Source: Octopus sinensis
Lineage: Eukaryota
Assembly: GCF_006345805.1 (NCBI RefSeq)
Contig: NC_043001.1
Span: 50,840,001-50,904,000, forward strand
Reading direction: 5' to 3'
DNA length: 64,000 bases
Shown here piece by piece: positions 1 through 13,172 of the stretch. The stretch's first letter is position 1; each line of letters starts with the position of its first letter. The translations under genes and the position numbers were made by a program. Under the pieces are notes generated by a model. The model made no database searches and was not told the origin of the DNA. It saw only the letters and a list, made by a program, of their open reading frames with translations.

Positions 1-308
1 GGCGCACTTCATCCATGGTCAATAATGACAGACGGAAGCCATAGATTAGATCTTCAGCAAGTACAGCATATACGTGTACGTTCAGAAAACAACATACACA
101 CACATACATACTTAGATACATACATACATACATACATACATACATACATACATACATACATACATACATACATACATACATACATGCAAAAAATACCCTG
201 TTGATGATGTTGAAATTCCAATGAAGATGCCTTAGATCTAGGTTAGAAACCAGCTCCTTCTCTATTGGCAAGAAATCTTGAAATAAATCTGAACAATGAC
301 ATACATAT

Positions 309-2724
309 GGGATCCTTTCAAAAGAGTGACGTATCAGAAGAGTGACATAACATATTTTAAGTTATTATTTTATTTTGCTTTTATGTTTATATGTCAATCC
401 TAAGTTAGAGCCCCGAGGGTTTGTATTCTGTCTGATAAAAAGATTTACACACATCAGTATAAAAGTAGTTTAAAAAAAAAATCATATAATAATACTTAAA
501 AACCCTTTTTTTAAAAAAAGAATATACAGTTGAATAATATGTAAACATAAAATATCCTCCAAAAATACTTATAACCTTTATTTAAAAAAAAAATCTACAA
601 TTGAATAATACGTAAACATACTACTGCGTGAACCAAAATCTAAATTGTGAGCAATTCCTCTGATATATTCATTTAAAGAGACGGTTCCCTATCTACCTAA
701 AACTGTTGCAGGACTATTTTCTCTTTGAATTTCTCCTCTCTTCTTTTTTCTCGAATTAATCCCTGAAATTAAACGCTGTACCTCTTGGTCTGTGTGATGA
801 TTTTTTTATGAACTCACTCATCATCGATTATACTCGTTCGAGTATAATCGATGATGGTATCGATTATCGTTCGACAACTGTTTCAAATCTCATGTGCCAA
901 GCCTCTACACCATTGTTCGTCCTTGGGAGATTGTACGCCTTCAAGTGATAAATAACTGCTCCACACAGTTGGATCAAATCGTGGGGGATAACGTACTTGG
1001 TTTTGTCGTATTCTTCCTCTACTTCGTGAAACTATGGGTCTACCTAGCACATAGGCATCACCAAAATATTTATAAACTGGTTCAGCTTAATTTGGAATGT
1101 TATCCGAGAGATCTAAATATGCATCGTAATCTTAAGGCTAACCTCATTATTTTCATTATGCATCAACAAGGCCGTTCTTTTGAATACTTAGGTAAATACT
1201 TTGACATAAGTGAAAAAGCATCCCGATATTCTAACTTCAGGAGGGCTTTGATGTTAGACAACTCAAAATCTACTACAATGAATGTTGGGTTTAACCGAAT
1301 TCCTTTTGCTTCTGCAACCGAAAGTGTTCTACCATTGATGAATATATACGTGCTGTTTTTCCAGTCAGCAACACGTAAATAGCTGGGAAAATTTGCTCTT
1401 CGAACCTGTAATGAACACTATATAACTGATAGAAAAGTCGTGGACAAGTTTTAAATGTTCCATCTAAAAGCCAGATATCAGAGTCGGCTAATCTTCGTAA
1501 ATAATCTTCATTACCGAAAGATATAATTCTCTCATGGAGCTCGTCCTTTTCCTAGTCCTCACCCTTTTCGATTCGTTCATTCAAAGTGTCGCTGTCTATC
1601 TTCGTGTCAAACAAAAGCAAGTTTCTTTCCCCACTTTGCGTGACCTTTAAGTTCTTTGGGATTATCAAATCTATCGCAGAATTTGATTCCACTGGAAATT
1701 CATTTTTACGAATTTTTACGTCTGTATATATGTGTACGTGTGTATGTATATGAGTGTAAGACTTATCCGGTGCATAAGGGCGACTAGCTAATGTATTTGG
1801 CATTTCAACGGCATCGTTTTATATCTAGTTTCTGTTGAGTTTCCTGCATAATTGCCGCTGGTGTAGAATTTGTGGCTCTAGCCTCACTTTTCAATTCATC
1901 AAGAGCTTGTATTACTTCTTTTCTCCCTGCCAGCAGTGCATGATTTTGTACCTTTCCCTCGGATATACAGCCACCATGTGCATTAAAAAGTGGAATTCCA
2001 CGAAGGGTTACAGAACCACTACAACTTTTGTCCTCGCACCTGAAGTAACGATTCTGGTCTCGGGATCGCTGGCGTCGGTAAATGTGTTCCTTAAAGGATA
2101 GTTTGTTTTTACTTTTCTGGGATTTGACAAATTCAATTTTATCCATTATGGGCAAGACGATAATAAAAAAAAACAAAAACAAAAAACAAAACTTCGCTAT
2201 TAACAATACAATAAACGGCCAAAAGCTCCAGAGTCAACTGAACTATTTTCCTAAAAACCCTCTAACACTTTTATTTTAACGGTTACGGTTAAGTGACGGT
2301 TAAGTCACTTAATATCTATTTCTTTACTACCCACATGGGGCTAAACACAGAGAGGATAAACAAGGACAGACAAACGGATTAAGTCGATTACATCAACCCT
2401 AGTGCGTAACTGGTACTTAATTTACCGACCCCGAAAGGATGAAAGGCAAAGTCGACCTCGGCGGAATTTGAACTCAGAACGTAATGGCAGACGAAATACC
2501 GTTAGGCATTTCGCCCAGCGCGCTAACGTTTCTGCCAGCTCTCCGCCTTATTAAGTCACTTAATATCATTACAGAACCATGATGTCAATTACGATCGGAA
2601 CAGTTTTAAGTTCGAACCCGTCCCGAATAGGAAAGCTACTTAACAGTTAATATTTTTTTTTATTTAGATTTGTCACTCTTCTATTATCTCACTTTTCGAA
2701 ATGTCACTCTTTCAATACACACCC
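309..2724 (-). mobile_element. Degenerate Mutator-like (MULE) DNA transposon with FLYWCH zinc finger and MULE DDE transposase
   Basis: The minus strand encodes FLYWCH-like 'FVKSQKSKNKLSFKEHIYRRQRSRDQNRYFRCEDKSC...NH' (1805-2206) and then 'DLIIPKNLKVTQSGE..LLLFD' (1552-1803). In another frame (~1270-1545) it reads 'RIISFGNEDYLRRLADSDIWLLDGTFKTCPRLFYQLYSVH...IFPAIYVLLTGKT...FIVVDFE', the MULE DGTF/DFE motifs. Frameshifts and stops are present. Imperfect GGG-ended TIRs with aagagtgac sub-repeats lie at ~309-350 and ~2665-2724; no clean TSD, so the boundaries are less certain than the family call. Confidence 0.85.
2317..2550 (-). mobile_element. tRNA-derived SINE (family A, GGCGGCGAGCTGGCAGAA head), full length, nested in the MULE
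   Basis: A-box-like tggcagaaacgttag and B-box-like gagttcaaattcc on the minus strand. Perfect 17-bp TSD ttaagtcacttaatatc at 2300-2316 and 2551-2567. Confidence 0.92.
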
Positions 2725-2742
2725 ATATATACATATTTTGAA

Positions 2743-3082
2743 GGCGCATGGTTCAGTGGTTAGAACGCCAGGCTCGCAATCACGAAGTAGTTAGTTCGGT
2801 TTCCGGACAAGGCTGTGTGTTGTGTTCTTGAACAAGACACTTTATTTCACGTTGCTCCAGTTCACTCATCTGTAGAAATGAGTTGCGATGTCACTGGTGC
2901 CGAGCTGTATCGGCCTTTTCTCTTGCCTTGAATGTCATCGGTGGCATGCAGAGAGGAGACTGGTATGCATGGATAACTGCTGGTCTTCCATAAAAAGAAA
3001 CTTGCCCGGACTTGTGCCTCGAAGGAGTACTTTCTAGGTGCAATCCCAAAGTCATTCATGACCGAAGGCGGGCCTTTACCTT
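2743..3082 (+). mobile_element. tRNA-derived SINE (family D, CORE/V-like body, RTE-like tail)
   Basis: Head ggcgcatggttcagtggttag...gttcggtttcc; body tgtgttcttgaacaagacactttatttcacgttgctccag; tail ctaggtgcaatcccaaagtcattcatgaccgaagg. A second copy lies at 9340-9600 on the minus strand. Confidence 0.8.
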
Positions 3083-3860
3083 TTATTAACTCATGCGTAC
3101 ACACACACAATAAACATGCCTATATATTCTGAGTATTCCATATATAAACAGAGAAACAACGGGCTCCCTCACAGTTTCTGTCAAATTTACTCACAAGATA
3201 TTGATAAGCTGGAGGTTATAATGGAGGACACATGTTCAAGATGGTGTGCAGCGGGATTGAACCTAAAATCTCGTGATTGCAAAGCGAGCTTCTTAACCAC
3301 ACAGCCACGCCTGCATTGACAGTTGTATAAGGCCGTGTTCATTTAGCAATCTTTCATTTGATATTATAGTTTGAAAAATTCTCTTTCAGTAGCCAGATAC
3401 AATATATATATATATATATATATGTGGTGCTATTAAGTTAGACATGGCTTGGGTCAATGCTGGCCAAAACCTATCAAAGTATATATATAAATACCAATGC
3501 ACGAAACTCTCGAGTCTTGAGCCACTCTGTTGCTTCTGCTAGATATTAATGAAAATAATATATATGTAATATATGATATAATTATAAACTGGGCAAATTT
3601 TAGCCACTTCTCCGCAGACTAAAAAAAAAAAATGATAAACAACCTCAATCGATTTTCGAAGAGGCGTCTACATCATTCTGACCGTCTCCAGAGAAACAAG
3701 CAGTCAAACTGTCTATATACTCAACAAATGCAACAGTTACTCTATGAAGGAGTACCTAATTTGCATACCAAAAGTGTTTAACACTCTATAAATACTAGCG
3801 GCGTGTTAACGAGGATATATACATATATACATATATATATAACTGTTAATAAAAAACAGG

Positions 3861-4050
<190 letters not shown>

Positions 4051-4057
4051 ACAAACA

Positions 4058-4550
4058 CGAGGGAGTACTCAAATGAAACCGGAATTTTGCAATATTATTT
4101 TATTCAAGTACTTTTACATGTTTATATTTTTATCGCCTTCAAAGTATTCACTATTTGAAGTAATGCATCAGTCCAGATGTTTTCCACTGTTCCAAGGAGT
4201 CCTGGAACTCTTGCGAAGTGATGCCTTTTAACGCCTCCGTCGTTTTTTTCCATATCTGTAAAACGTTTTCCTTTTGGGACTTTTTCATTCGGGGGTACAA
4301 AAAAAAAAGTTGCAGGGAGCAAGATCGGGTGAATAAACGGGGTCATACCATTTTTTGTTAAAAAACTGTCTAACACTCGAGGCAGTGTGCAAAGGTGCAT
4401 TGTCGAGATGAAATCACCACTGTCCACTTTGTCATTGATTAGGGCGTTTTCGTCTCGCCGTGTCTCGCAAACGCTGGGTGGCCGTTCATTCACCGTATGA
4501 CAGTTTTTGTTTTTTATCCCGATGGGCGCCCATTGAAAACTAACCTCCAA
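4058..4550 (-). mobile_element. Mariner (DD34D) transposase 3' fragment with right TIR
   Basis: The minus strand gives frameshifted 'HLDNAPLHTASSV', 'YSPDLAPCNFFF' and 'KGKRFTD'. TIR-like cgagggagtactcaaatgaaaccgg at 4058. Confidence 0.8.
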
Positions 4551-4626
4551 GCCTGTTTGGCTTGGATAGGGTTGTCGGTTTAGTCGCCGACGGCTCGATC
4601 ATTCGACAGGCTGTACTGGGTTAAAC

Positions 4627-6006
4627 ACATACATACATACATACATACATACATACATACATACATACATACATACATACATACATACATACATACATGC
4701 ATGCATGCATGCATACATACATGCATGCATGTATGCATACATGCATACATACATACATACATACATACATACATGCATGCATACATACATACATACATAC
4801 ACAATACATAATACATATAAATATATGTATGCACACACACACATATATATACACATATACATACCTACATGAATACATACTTGCATATTGACATACCTAC
4901 CTACATATATACTTGCACACATCCGTACGTATATAAAACTGGCACTCCGTCGGTCACGACGATGAGCGTTCCAGTTGATCTGATCAACGGAACAGCCCAC
5001 TTGTGAAGTTAATGTGCAAGTAGTTGAGCACTCAACAGATATCAACACCTTTAACGTACTTCTTAGGAAAATATGGCGTTTAAAAGAAGAGAAAACGCAA
5101 TGTAGGATTAAATGGAAGCTCCTGAAACGTCATGGATCATACTTCAATGGGAGAAGTCAATGCAAACATTGCTTTCCCGAGAGGGTAAAGATCCTAAAAA
5201 ATTCACTTGTACGGTGCGGGGCGGGGCGGGGTGGAACGCTTCTTAAATTCCAAGAGTGGAGTGTTTAGTCGGTGCTATCACGAGAGGAAGTTCATTTTGA
5301 AGACATGGCATTCCCCCGTTTGCTGACTAGTGAAAGGTAAATTGACCTTTCGGATTCAACCGTAACTGGTTAAAGGGAGACAACTTCATCTCGCCAAGAA
5401 GGGATTTTCGCTTCGATGAATTTCGTTTCAGGGATTTTTTTTTTCACAACCTTGCTGACCTTTGTATGTATGTATGTATCTGTGTGTATGTGTTTTTGTG
5501 TCTGTTTTTGTTCCCTACCCACGCTTGAAAACCGGTGTTGGTGTGTTAATGTCCCCGTAACTTAGCGGTTTGACAAAAGAGTCGATAGAATAAGTACCAA
5601 GCTTAGAAAAAGGAGTGCACAGGTTGATTCGTTCAACTAATATTCTTGAAGGCAGTGCCCCAGCATGGCCACAGTCTGATGACTGAAAAAAATAAAAGAA
5701 TAAAAAATATACATACATACATGCATAAAAGTACATACATACGTACATACACCCACACAAGCACATGCATAGATACATAATATATACATACATACACACA
5801 TACATACATACATACATACATGCATACACATAAGCATACATACATACAAACATGCATACATGCATACATTCATGCATATACATACATTCATTCATACATA
5901 TATATATATACATACATGCATGCATTCATACAGTCATACATGTACATACATCCATATATATATTCATACATACATACATACATACACACACACATACATA
6001 CATACA

Positions 6007-6037
<31 letters not shown>

Positions 6038-6050
6038 GCATACATGCGTA
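4627..6050. repeat. (TACA)n/(CATG)n compound microsatellite fields with interleaved SINE fragments
   Basis: TACA tracts at 4627-4800 and 5705-6050. Family C SINE 3' fragment at ~4941-5065 and family B SINE 3' half at ~5500-5705. Confidence 0.85.
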
Positions 6051-6659
6051 CATTCGTACAAGTAATCACAGACACCACCATGCCCTCAGACATTGGGAAC
6101 ATATGTTGCACGACTTGATATAATAAAGGCTTTTTATGAATCAATATCTTATTTATGATGTAATTTGACGAGCAATGTCATTAAAACCGCACCTTATATG
6201 TTCATGATAATAAACGGATGACAGATAAGGAAGAAAAAGCAAAAAAAAAAAACAAACCCATAACAAAATGCTTTTTGTTTTCCCCCTTCAAATGTTAAAG
6301 AAACACCCCGACTATATCGTTTGTGAAAAATAAAAAGGAACCACAACAACAACGACAACAACAAAATAATAATAACAAAGATATTGGTGTCTTTGCCTCC
6401 GTTACCTAGTCTCGGAGACCCAGATGATGAAAAAAAAAAAAAAAAAAAAAACTAAAAGAAAAATGAGTAAAATGAGAGGTGGCATAGAGAGAGGGAGAGA
6501 TTTCAACAGCAATAACAACAAAGCGATGATTTAATTGCCTTTTTTTTTTTTATTTCGTACAATGACAATACTGTTTTTGAATTTCTTTTCTTTTGTGTGT
6601 TTTTTTTTTTCCTAATAATCCGGTTTCTGAAGGAGGTTAGGCTTAACGATCTCAATTGC

Positions 6660-7043
6660 GCCGTCACTATCATTTCTGCCTCTGCCGCCACCGTCGCCCC
6701 TACCTCCACCGCCGCCTCCGTCTCCGCCTTCACCGCCGCCTCCGTCTCCGCCTCCGCCTCCGTCTCCGTCTCCGTCTCCGTCTCCGCATTCGTCTCCGTC
6801 TCCACCTCCTTCTCTGCCTCCGTTCTGCCTCCGCCTCTGTCTCTGCCTCCGCCTCCATTTCTGCCTCCGCCTCCGCCTCTGCCTCCGCCTCTGCCTCCGC
6901 CTCTGCCTCCGCCTCTGCCTCCGCCTCCGCCTCTGCCTCCGCCTCTGCCTCCGCCTCCGCCTCCGTTTCTGCCTCCGTCTCCGCCTCCATCGCCGTCTCC
7001 GTAGCCGCCGCTGCTGCTGCCGCTGCTGCTACTACTACTACTA

Positions 7044-7115
<72 letters not shown>

Positions 7116-7254
7116 TACTACTACTACTACTATTACTACTACTACTACTACTACTACTACTGCTACTGCTGCTGCTACTACTACTACCACCACCACCACC
7201 ACCACTACCACCACCACCACCACCACTACCACCACAACCACCACCACCACCACC

Positions 7255-7307
<53 letters not shown>

Positions 7308-7335
7308 CACTACCACTACTACTACTACTACTACT

Positions 7336-7370
<35 letters not shown>
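6660..7370. repeat. GC-rich (YGCCTC)n hexamer array grading into (CTG)n/(CTA)n/(CCA)n triplet arrays
   Basis: cgcctc/tgcctc/cgtctc units at 6675-7000, followed by gct/act/cca triplets to 7370. Confidence 0.93.
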
Positions 7371-7371
<1 letters not shown>

Positions 7372-7378
7372 AGTCATA

Positions 7379-7835
7379 GGATCTTTTCGGTTTGACCGGC
7401 AGTTTTTAAAAATAATTTCCACGTAACCAAACACTTTTAAACTTCGTATACTGGTAGAATGTGTTTATAAAACATCTTCTCTTGGCTTTATTGAGAAAAT
7501 TCTATAGTTTGTAAGATATTTGTTGTTTTTTCTTCAATTTCTGCAATTTCAACCAATCACTGACGTCTATTGAGATAAATAACATTCTGTGCCGTATGAA
7601 TATGTCCCTCGTTTAAGAAACAGATTGGGTTTATTTACATTTGTGAAGAAAAAAAGATACCCTTCCCCCCAACCCTAACCCTAACCCTAACCCTAACTAA
7701 CCCTAACCAACCCTAACTCTAACCCTAACCCTAAAACAGATTGAAATGCAATAGATCGATACTAGGGTCATAATTATGGGTGACAATTTCATATGACACC
7801 GCAAGAAAAAACTGCCGGTCAAACCGAAAAGATCC
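7379..7835. mobile_element. Non-autonomous TIR element (MITE), GG termini, 8-bp TSD (Merlin-like), with internal (CCCTAA)n
   Basis: Perfect 29-bp TIRs ggatcttttcggtttgaccggcagttttt (7379-7407) and aaaaactgccggtcaaaccgaaaagatcc (7807-7835). TSD cagtcata at 7371-7378 and 7836-7843. Telomere-type repeats at 7671-7734. Confidence 0.9.
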
Positions 7836-8094
7836 CAGTCATATCCAAGAAAATATAACGACACCTGTAGAAACCGAGCGCTTCGCATAGCGTCCCCTTG
7901 GACACTTGTCACCTTCTTGCGACCTCACGATACCCACAAGAGGGTGCTACTCATGGGGTTAACAACTTCTCAAATACAGTAATCCCTCGACTATTGCGGG
8001 TTCCAGAACCCGCCGCGATAGCTGTAAATTCGCGAAGTAGAAACATTGTACATTATTGTACTGTATTTTTATTATTTTTATAATTTGTATATCT

Positions 8095-8474
8095 CTTTTA
8101 CTCTTTTACTTGTTTCAGTCATTTGACTGTGGCCATGCTGGAGCACCGCCTTTAGTCAATCAAATCGACTAATTCTTTGTAAGCCCAGTACTTATTCAAT
8201 CGGTCTCTTTTGCCGAACCGCTAAGTGACGGGGACGTAAACACAGCAGCATCGGTTGTCAAGCAATGCTAGGGGACAAACACAGACACACAACCCACCCA
8301 CATATATATATACATATATACGACAGGCTTCTTTCAGTTTCCGTCTACCAAATCCACTCACAAGACATTGGTCGGCCCGAGGCTATAGCAGAAGACACTT
8401 GCCCAAGATGCCACGCAGTGGGACTGAACCCGGAACCATGTGGTTGGTTAGCAAGCTACTTACCACACAGCCAC
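8095..8474 (-). mobile_element. tRNA/CORE-type SINE (family B) with internal microsatellite
   Basis: Minus-strand head gtggctgtgtggtaagtagcttgc...gggttcagtccc, CORE-like cttgggcaagtgtctt, internal (TA)/(TG) tract, tail ...gactgaaacaagtaaaagag. Confidence 0.88.
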
Positions 8475-9339
8475 AATGCAAAACAACACCACACACTCGC
8501 TTCCAGAGTTCCGTTTTCCATACAGTATGTCCGATTCTTTGTTTATTCATCTATGGTACATTACGTATTTCATTTCAATATATTTTGATTAATGTGTTAT
8601 ACAGTGTTGTACTGCACTGTATTTTTATTTATTAATTTGTTAATTATTAAGCGTGAAAATGCTTATTTTACCACAGAAATAATTAGAATCTAAAAAAATG
8701 CAAATACCTATCGGCTGCAGAAACCTGCAATATACTGAAGAGCTCACGATATAAAATTATATATGTTAGCCAGAAAAATCCGCGATGTACTGAGGGCGCG
8801 ATAAGTGAACCGTAATATGGCGAAGGATTATTGTAAACTGTTCTGGTGAAGACTTTCTCTACATGTAACAATGTTTGCAGAAAACCAATTCACTGCTAGA
8901 AAGCACTGATCTTGTGAATCTAAAATTGTTGTTCAGTGAATACATCTACCGAGTTTGTAATGTAACATGTCTTGCTCTGTACTGTGAGAGAAAAATGCGA
9001 TTTGAACAAGATTTGACTGCGTTTATCAGTAACTTGAAAGATTTCGAAAAGCGTCTCTCATTGATTTGTTTTCCATTTAGTTTCAGCCTTTTATGAATCA
9101 TAAGTTTCGTGTCACAGATGTCGACCTCAATTTTTGAGGGTAGATAAACAGTGTTTAAATACAAACAGTTCAAAGCTACTTGCAGTAATTCGAGCCGACC
9201 AGTAATCGTTAAATAATAATTATATAGTTTTCATTTCTAAGACGATTCCAATAAGGTGTTGCAAGTACTTGTTAAGCGATTGCTTCTGTGCAGATATGAT
9301 AAATCCGAACTACTAATGTACAGTAACCATTTCTAGTAT

Positions 9340-9600
9340 AGGTAAGGGTGAAGATCCCCTTCGGTCATAAATGACCATGGGATTGCACCTAGAAAGTTCC
9401 CCTCCGAGGCACAAGTCCGGGCAAGGTTGTTTATAGAAGACTAGCATTCGCCCATATATACCAGCCTCCCCTCTCCACACCACCAATGTTGTCCAAGAGA
9501 AAGGCAAAGGTTGATGCAGCTTGGCACCAGTGATGTCGAAGCTCATTTCTACAGATGGGTTAACTGGAGCAACATGAAATAAAGAAAATTCATGTTGAGG
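9340..9600 (-). mobile_element. SINE family D, 5'-truncated copy
   Basis: Reverse complement of the 2800-3080 body and tail (cttcggtcataaatgaccatgggattgcacctagaaag). Confidence 0.8.
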
Positions 9601-10854
9601 ACATGGAATTCCCCTCTTTCTGAGTAGTGAACGGGAAACTGACAATTTTCGGTCACAACTGGAACTGGTCAAAGGGAGATAACTCCATCTCGCTTAGAAG
9701 GATTTTCCACTTCGCTGAATTTCATTTCACAGTTTTTTTCCATTAGAGAGAATTTGCAATCTATGAAACTCTTTGAATGACTAGTCGCTTATCTGGGAAG
9801 GCCTTGAAATCAATATTACCATCTGAGGACTATCATTGCCCCAGTGATAATAAAAAGACTCAAAGGAGGTCTGCAACCAAATAACTTTACGCAAAATAAC
9901 ACTTTGTAACTGAATCAGTGAAGGTAAAGATGTCTCCTTTACTTGAAAATTTATGCACCACATTGCAGAAATCACAATCTAAGTATATCTGAAAGCAAAC
10001 TCTTACAGTGTTGCACCATTGAATAACAAATAACACTAATCTTGTATGCTCCGGTGACTCTACTGCTTTTCAAGAGTACGATTGTATTCGTCTTGGCTTA
10101 GGAAAAATGACTAAATTGTAGGAATTAAGCTCGCATTTAGGGGTTTTACTAACTCCTAAGAAGTTGAAATTTTAGTAATATTACTTCATTTGTGTCTAAT
10201 ATCTATGGTTAAAATTTCATCAGCAAAAAAAAATACATGTATTTTCATGGGGGTTACGGCCTCATTTATGCCCCCTCACTTTCAAACATATACTGCATTA
10301 CATCTATCCTTATGCATATAATATAATTTCTAAAGTTCATAAAGATCCATTCAGTACTTTTGACCTAGTTTTTGATAATAAAAAATGACTAAAATTTGTG
10401 AGTTAAGGCCCCCATTAGGGGGCTTAGAATCCTCATGAGAAGCGGAAACTTTGGGAATACTTCTTGATGTGTGTCAATTAACTATGATTGAAATTTCATT
10501 AACATCGGAAATTTATGAATTTTCATGGGGCGGTTTTGCCCACTTTAAGCCACCTCAAATTCAAATCAAACATACTGCATTATACCTGCCCTTATGCATT
10601 GAATCTAAGTTCCAAGTATCATAAGGATCCTTTCAGTAATTTTGGATCATGAAATTGTATGAAACATACAGCATTATCCTTCTCCCTAGGTTTGGATTTT
10701 GTGTTCCAAATATCATTAGGATCAGTGCAGTTGTTTTCGAATCTATAAGTAACACACGAACACATATAAAGACATTGACTTTTATATAATAGATATAAAT
10801 ATGCACATATACATTCATGTCTTTGTGTGTGGGTATTATATATATATATATATA

Positions 10855-11300
10855 CGAGGGGCGTTCAATAAGTAATGCCCCTGACCCACTGCCCATAGCA
10901 GTAGAGCAACGAAACTTGGCACAGTTATTAGTCTTTTTCTACATAGGAACCACCCAGACTTACACATTTCTCCCATCGTTTGATGCAGCTCTGGAGACCG
11001 TTTTTGTAGAAGACCCCAGCTTGGTCCTCCAACCACAACGTGACTTCAGAAATCAAGGCTGCATCATCTGGGAAACGCTTTCCTTTCAAAAACAACTTCA
11101 TGGCTGGGAAGAGGGGAAAATCAGAGGGTGCAAGGTCAGGAGAGCAGGGGGGATGGGGAGGAGTTCATAGCCGCACGCCTGAGCTTCTGATCTGGCGACA
11201 AGCGAGTTGTGGACCGGAGCGTTGTCCTGTAGGAGGAGGATGCCTTTGCTGGTCTTGCCCCGCCTCTTGATTTTGATAGCTTCTCTTAATTTCCACACAT
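10855..11300 (-). mobile_element. Mariner (DD34D) transposase 3' fragment with right TIR, inserted in TA repeat
   Basis: 'KLREAIKIKRRGKTSKGILLLQDNAPVHNSLVAR', then after a frameshift 'SPDLAPSDFPLFPAMKLFLKGKRFPDD...RWEKCV'. TIR ta|cgaggggcgttcaataagtaat at 10855. Confidence 0.88.
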
Positions 11301-11588
11301 ATGAAGATATACATCCATACATACAAACATGGTACATAGTTACATAACACACACACACACAGACATGCACACACAAGGAGACAGAGGTGCATACATATAC
11401 AAACGCATGCTCACACACACATACATAGAAAATACACAAACACGGACAGGCAAGCACATAAATATGCAGGATACGTACATACAGATGCACACGCATACAT
11501 ATGCATACACACACATATATACATACATACACATGCAAACATACACACACATACGTACATGCATGCATGTATAGGCACACACACACGC

Positions 11589-11620
<32 letters not shown>

Positions 11621-11770
11621 TATATATACATGTATATATATACATATATATATACATACATCTATATATATATATACATCTATACTATACATCTATACAT
11701 ATGCATCTATACATATATATCTACACATATACATGTATATATACATATATACATATGTGCAGATGTATGC

Positions 11771-11826
<56 letters not shown>

Positions 11827-12597
11827 CATAATGTATGTATGTATGTATGTATGTATGTATGTATGTGTATATGCCAGTGTGAAAGTATTAAAGTGAAAGT
11901 ATCTGATATTGCAAGAAAAAGATGTTATTGTTTCACTTTCGACACGAAATACTGAAATAGTGAAAGAGATAAGAGATTTCTCTGGGCTAGCAGTTGAAAA
12001 TGTTTGGGGGTCCATGACACTACTTGAACCCTATGTAAGGTATGTGTAAAATTTGAATGAAATCGGTTGTGCAGTTCTCGAGTTTTAGGAATTCACATAG
12101 ACACAGACAGATAGACTGACACATTCTCATTTATATATATGGATTAGAAAACGGAGAAAACTACAGATTAACAAACACATCGATTGGATCACATTTATAG
12201 CTTATTTTTTTTACTCTGATGCCCTACGAAGATGAAGAACTTTATTCTCGCTTTTATTTATAGACTGCATTTTGGTAACCGCCCAGCAACAGCCATAAGA
12301 TATATTACGCCACTTATTTTGTTATGTCATGCTTATATTAATAAATAAGCTATAAATGTGGTCGAATCAATGTGTTGGTTAATCTATGGTTTTCTTCATT
12401 TTTTAATTATTTGCATTGGTTCCTGATAAAGTCTTGTTTATCCTGTCGTTACCGGCACTCTACGTGTATGGTGTACCTGCACACCATCGCCTGGGGATAA
12501 TAGAGGTAACGGATACTGATAGTATACATGGATACTTTATCTCTTAGTCGGTTACTATAACCGCTAACTCTGTTTACACTACACTACACACACACAC

Positions 12598-12714
12598 TTG
12601 CCGAACCGCTAAGTTACAGGGACGTAAACACACCAGTATCAGTTGTCAAGCGATGCTGGAGGATGGAACAAACACAGATACACAAACATATACACACACA
12701 CACACACACACACA

Positions 12715-12762
<48 letters not shown>

Positions 12763-12923
12763 GACGGTCTTCTTTCAGTTTTCGTCTACCAAATCCATTC
12801 AAAAGGATTTGGTTGGCCCAAGCCTATAGTAGAAGACGCTTGTCCAAGGTGCCCCGCAGTGGGACTAAACCTAGAACCTAGAACGTTGGTGAGCATGCTA
12901 CTTACCACACAGCCACTCCTGCG

Positions 12924-12928
<5 letters not shown>
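12598..12928 (-). mobile_element. SINE family B with internal (CA)n(TA)n
   Basis: Same head, CORE and body as 8095-8474; the head ends at cctgcgcctata. Confidence 0.85.
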
Positions 12929-12988
<60 letters not shown>

Positions 12989-13172
12989 GTGTGTGTGTGT
13001 GTGGTGTGTGTGTGTGGTGTGTGTGTTTGTGTGTGTGTATGTGTGTGTGTGTATGTGTGTGTGTGTGTGTGTAGTTAATCCAAACATGAAAACACAACGA
13101 GAAAACACAACGCGAGGACGTGGAACAAGTATAGTGTTATTGGACGCTCAGGGAAGGAAAGAAAGAAGGAGG

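Noticed and set aside
894-1382. 162-aa plus-strand ORF
   Set aside because: It is the antisense shadow of the MULE transposase on the minus strand.
3505-3535. GAAA-ctc tc gag-TC half hammerhead
   Set aside because: No upstream CUGANGA is present.
6503-7434. Long poly-Ala/Ser/Pro/Leu or EA-repeat ORFs (up to 256 aa)
   Set aside because: They are open in several frames on both strands only because the repeat lacks stops. There are no splice signals or unique coding sequence.
7671-7734. Chromosome end or fusion site suggested by TTAGGG repeats
   Set aside because: The tract is short, degenerate and enclosed by MITE TIRs with a TSD.
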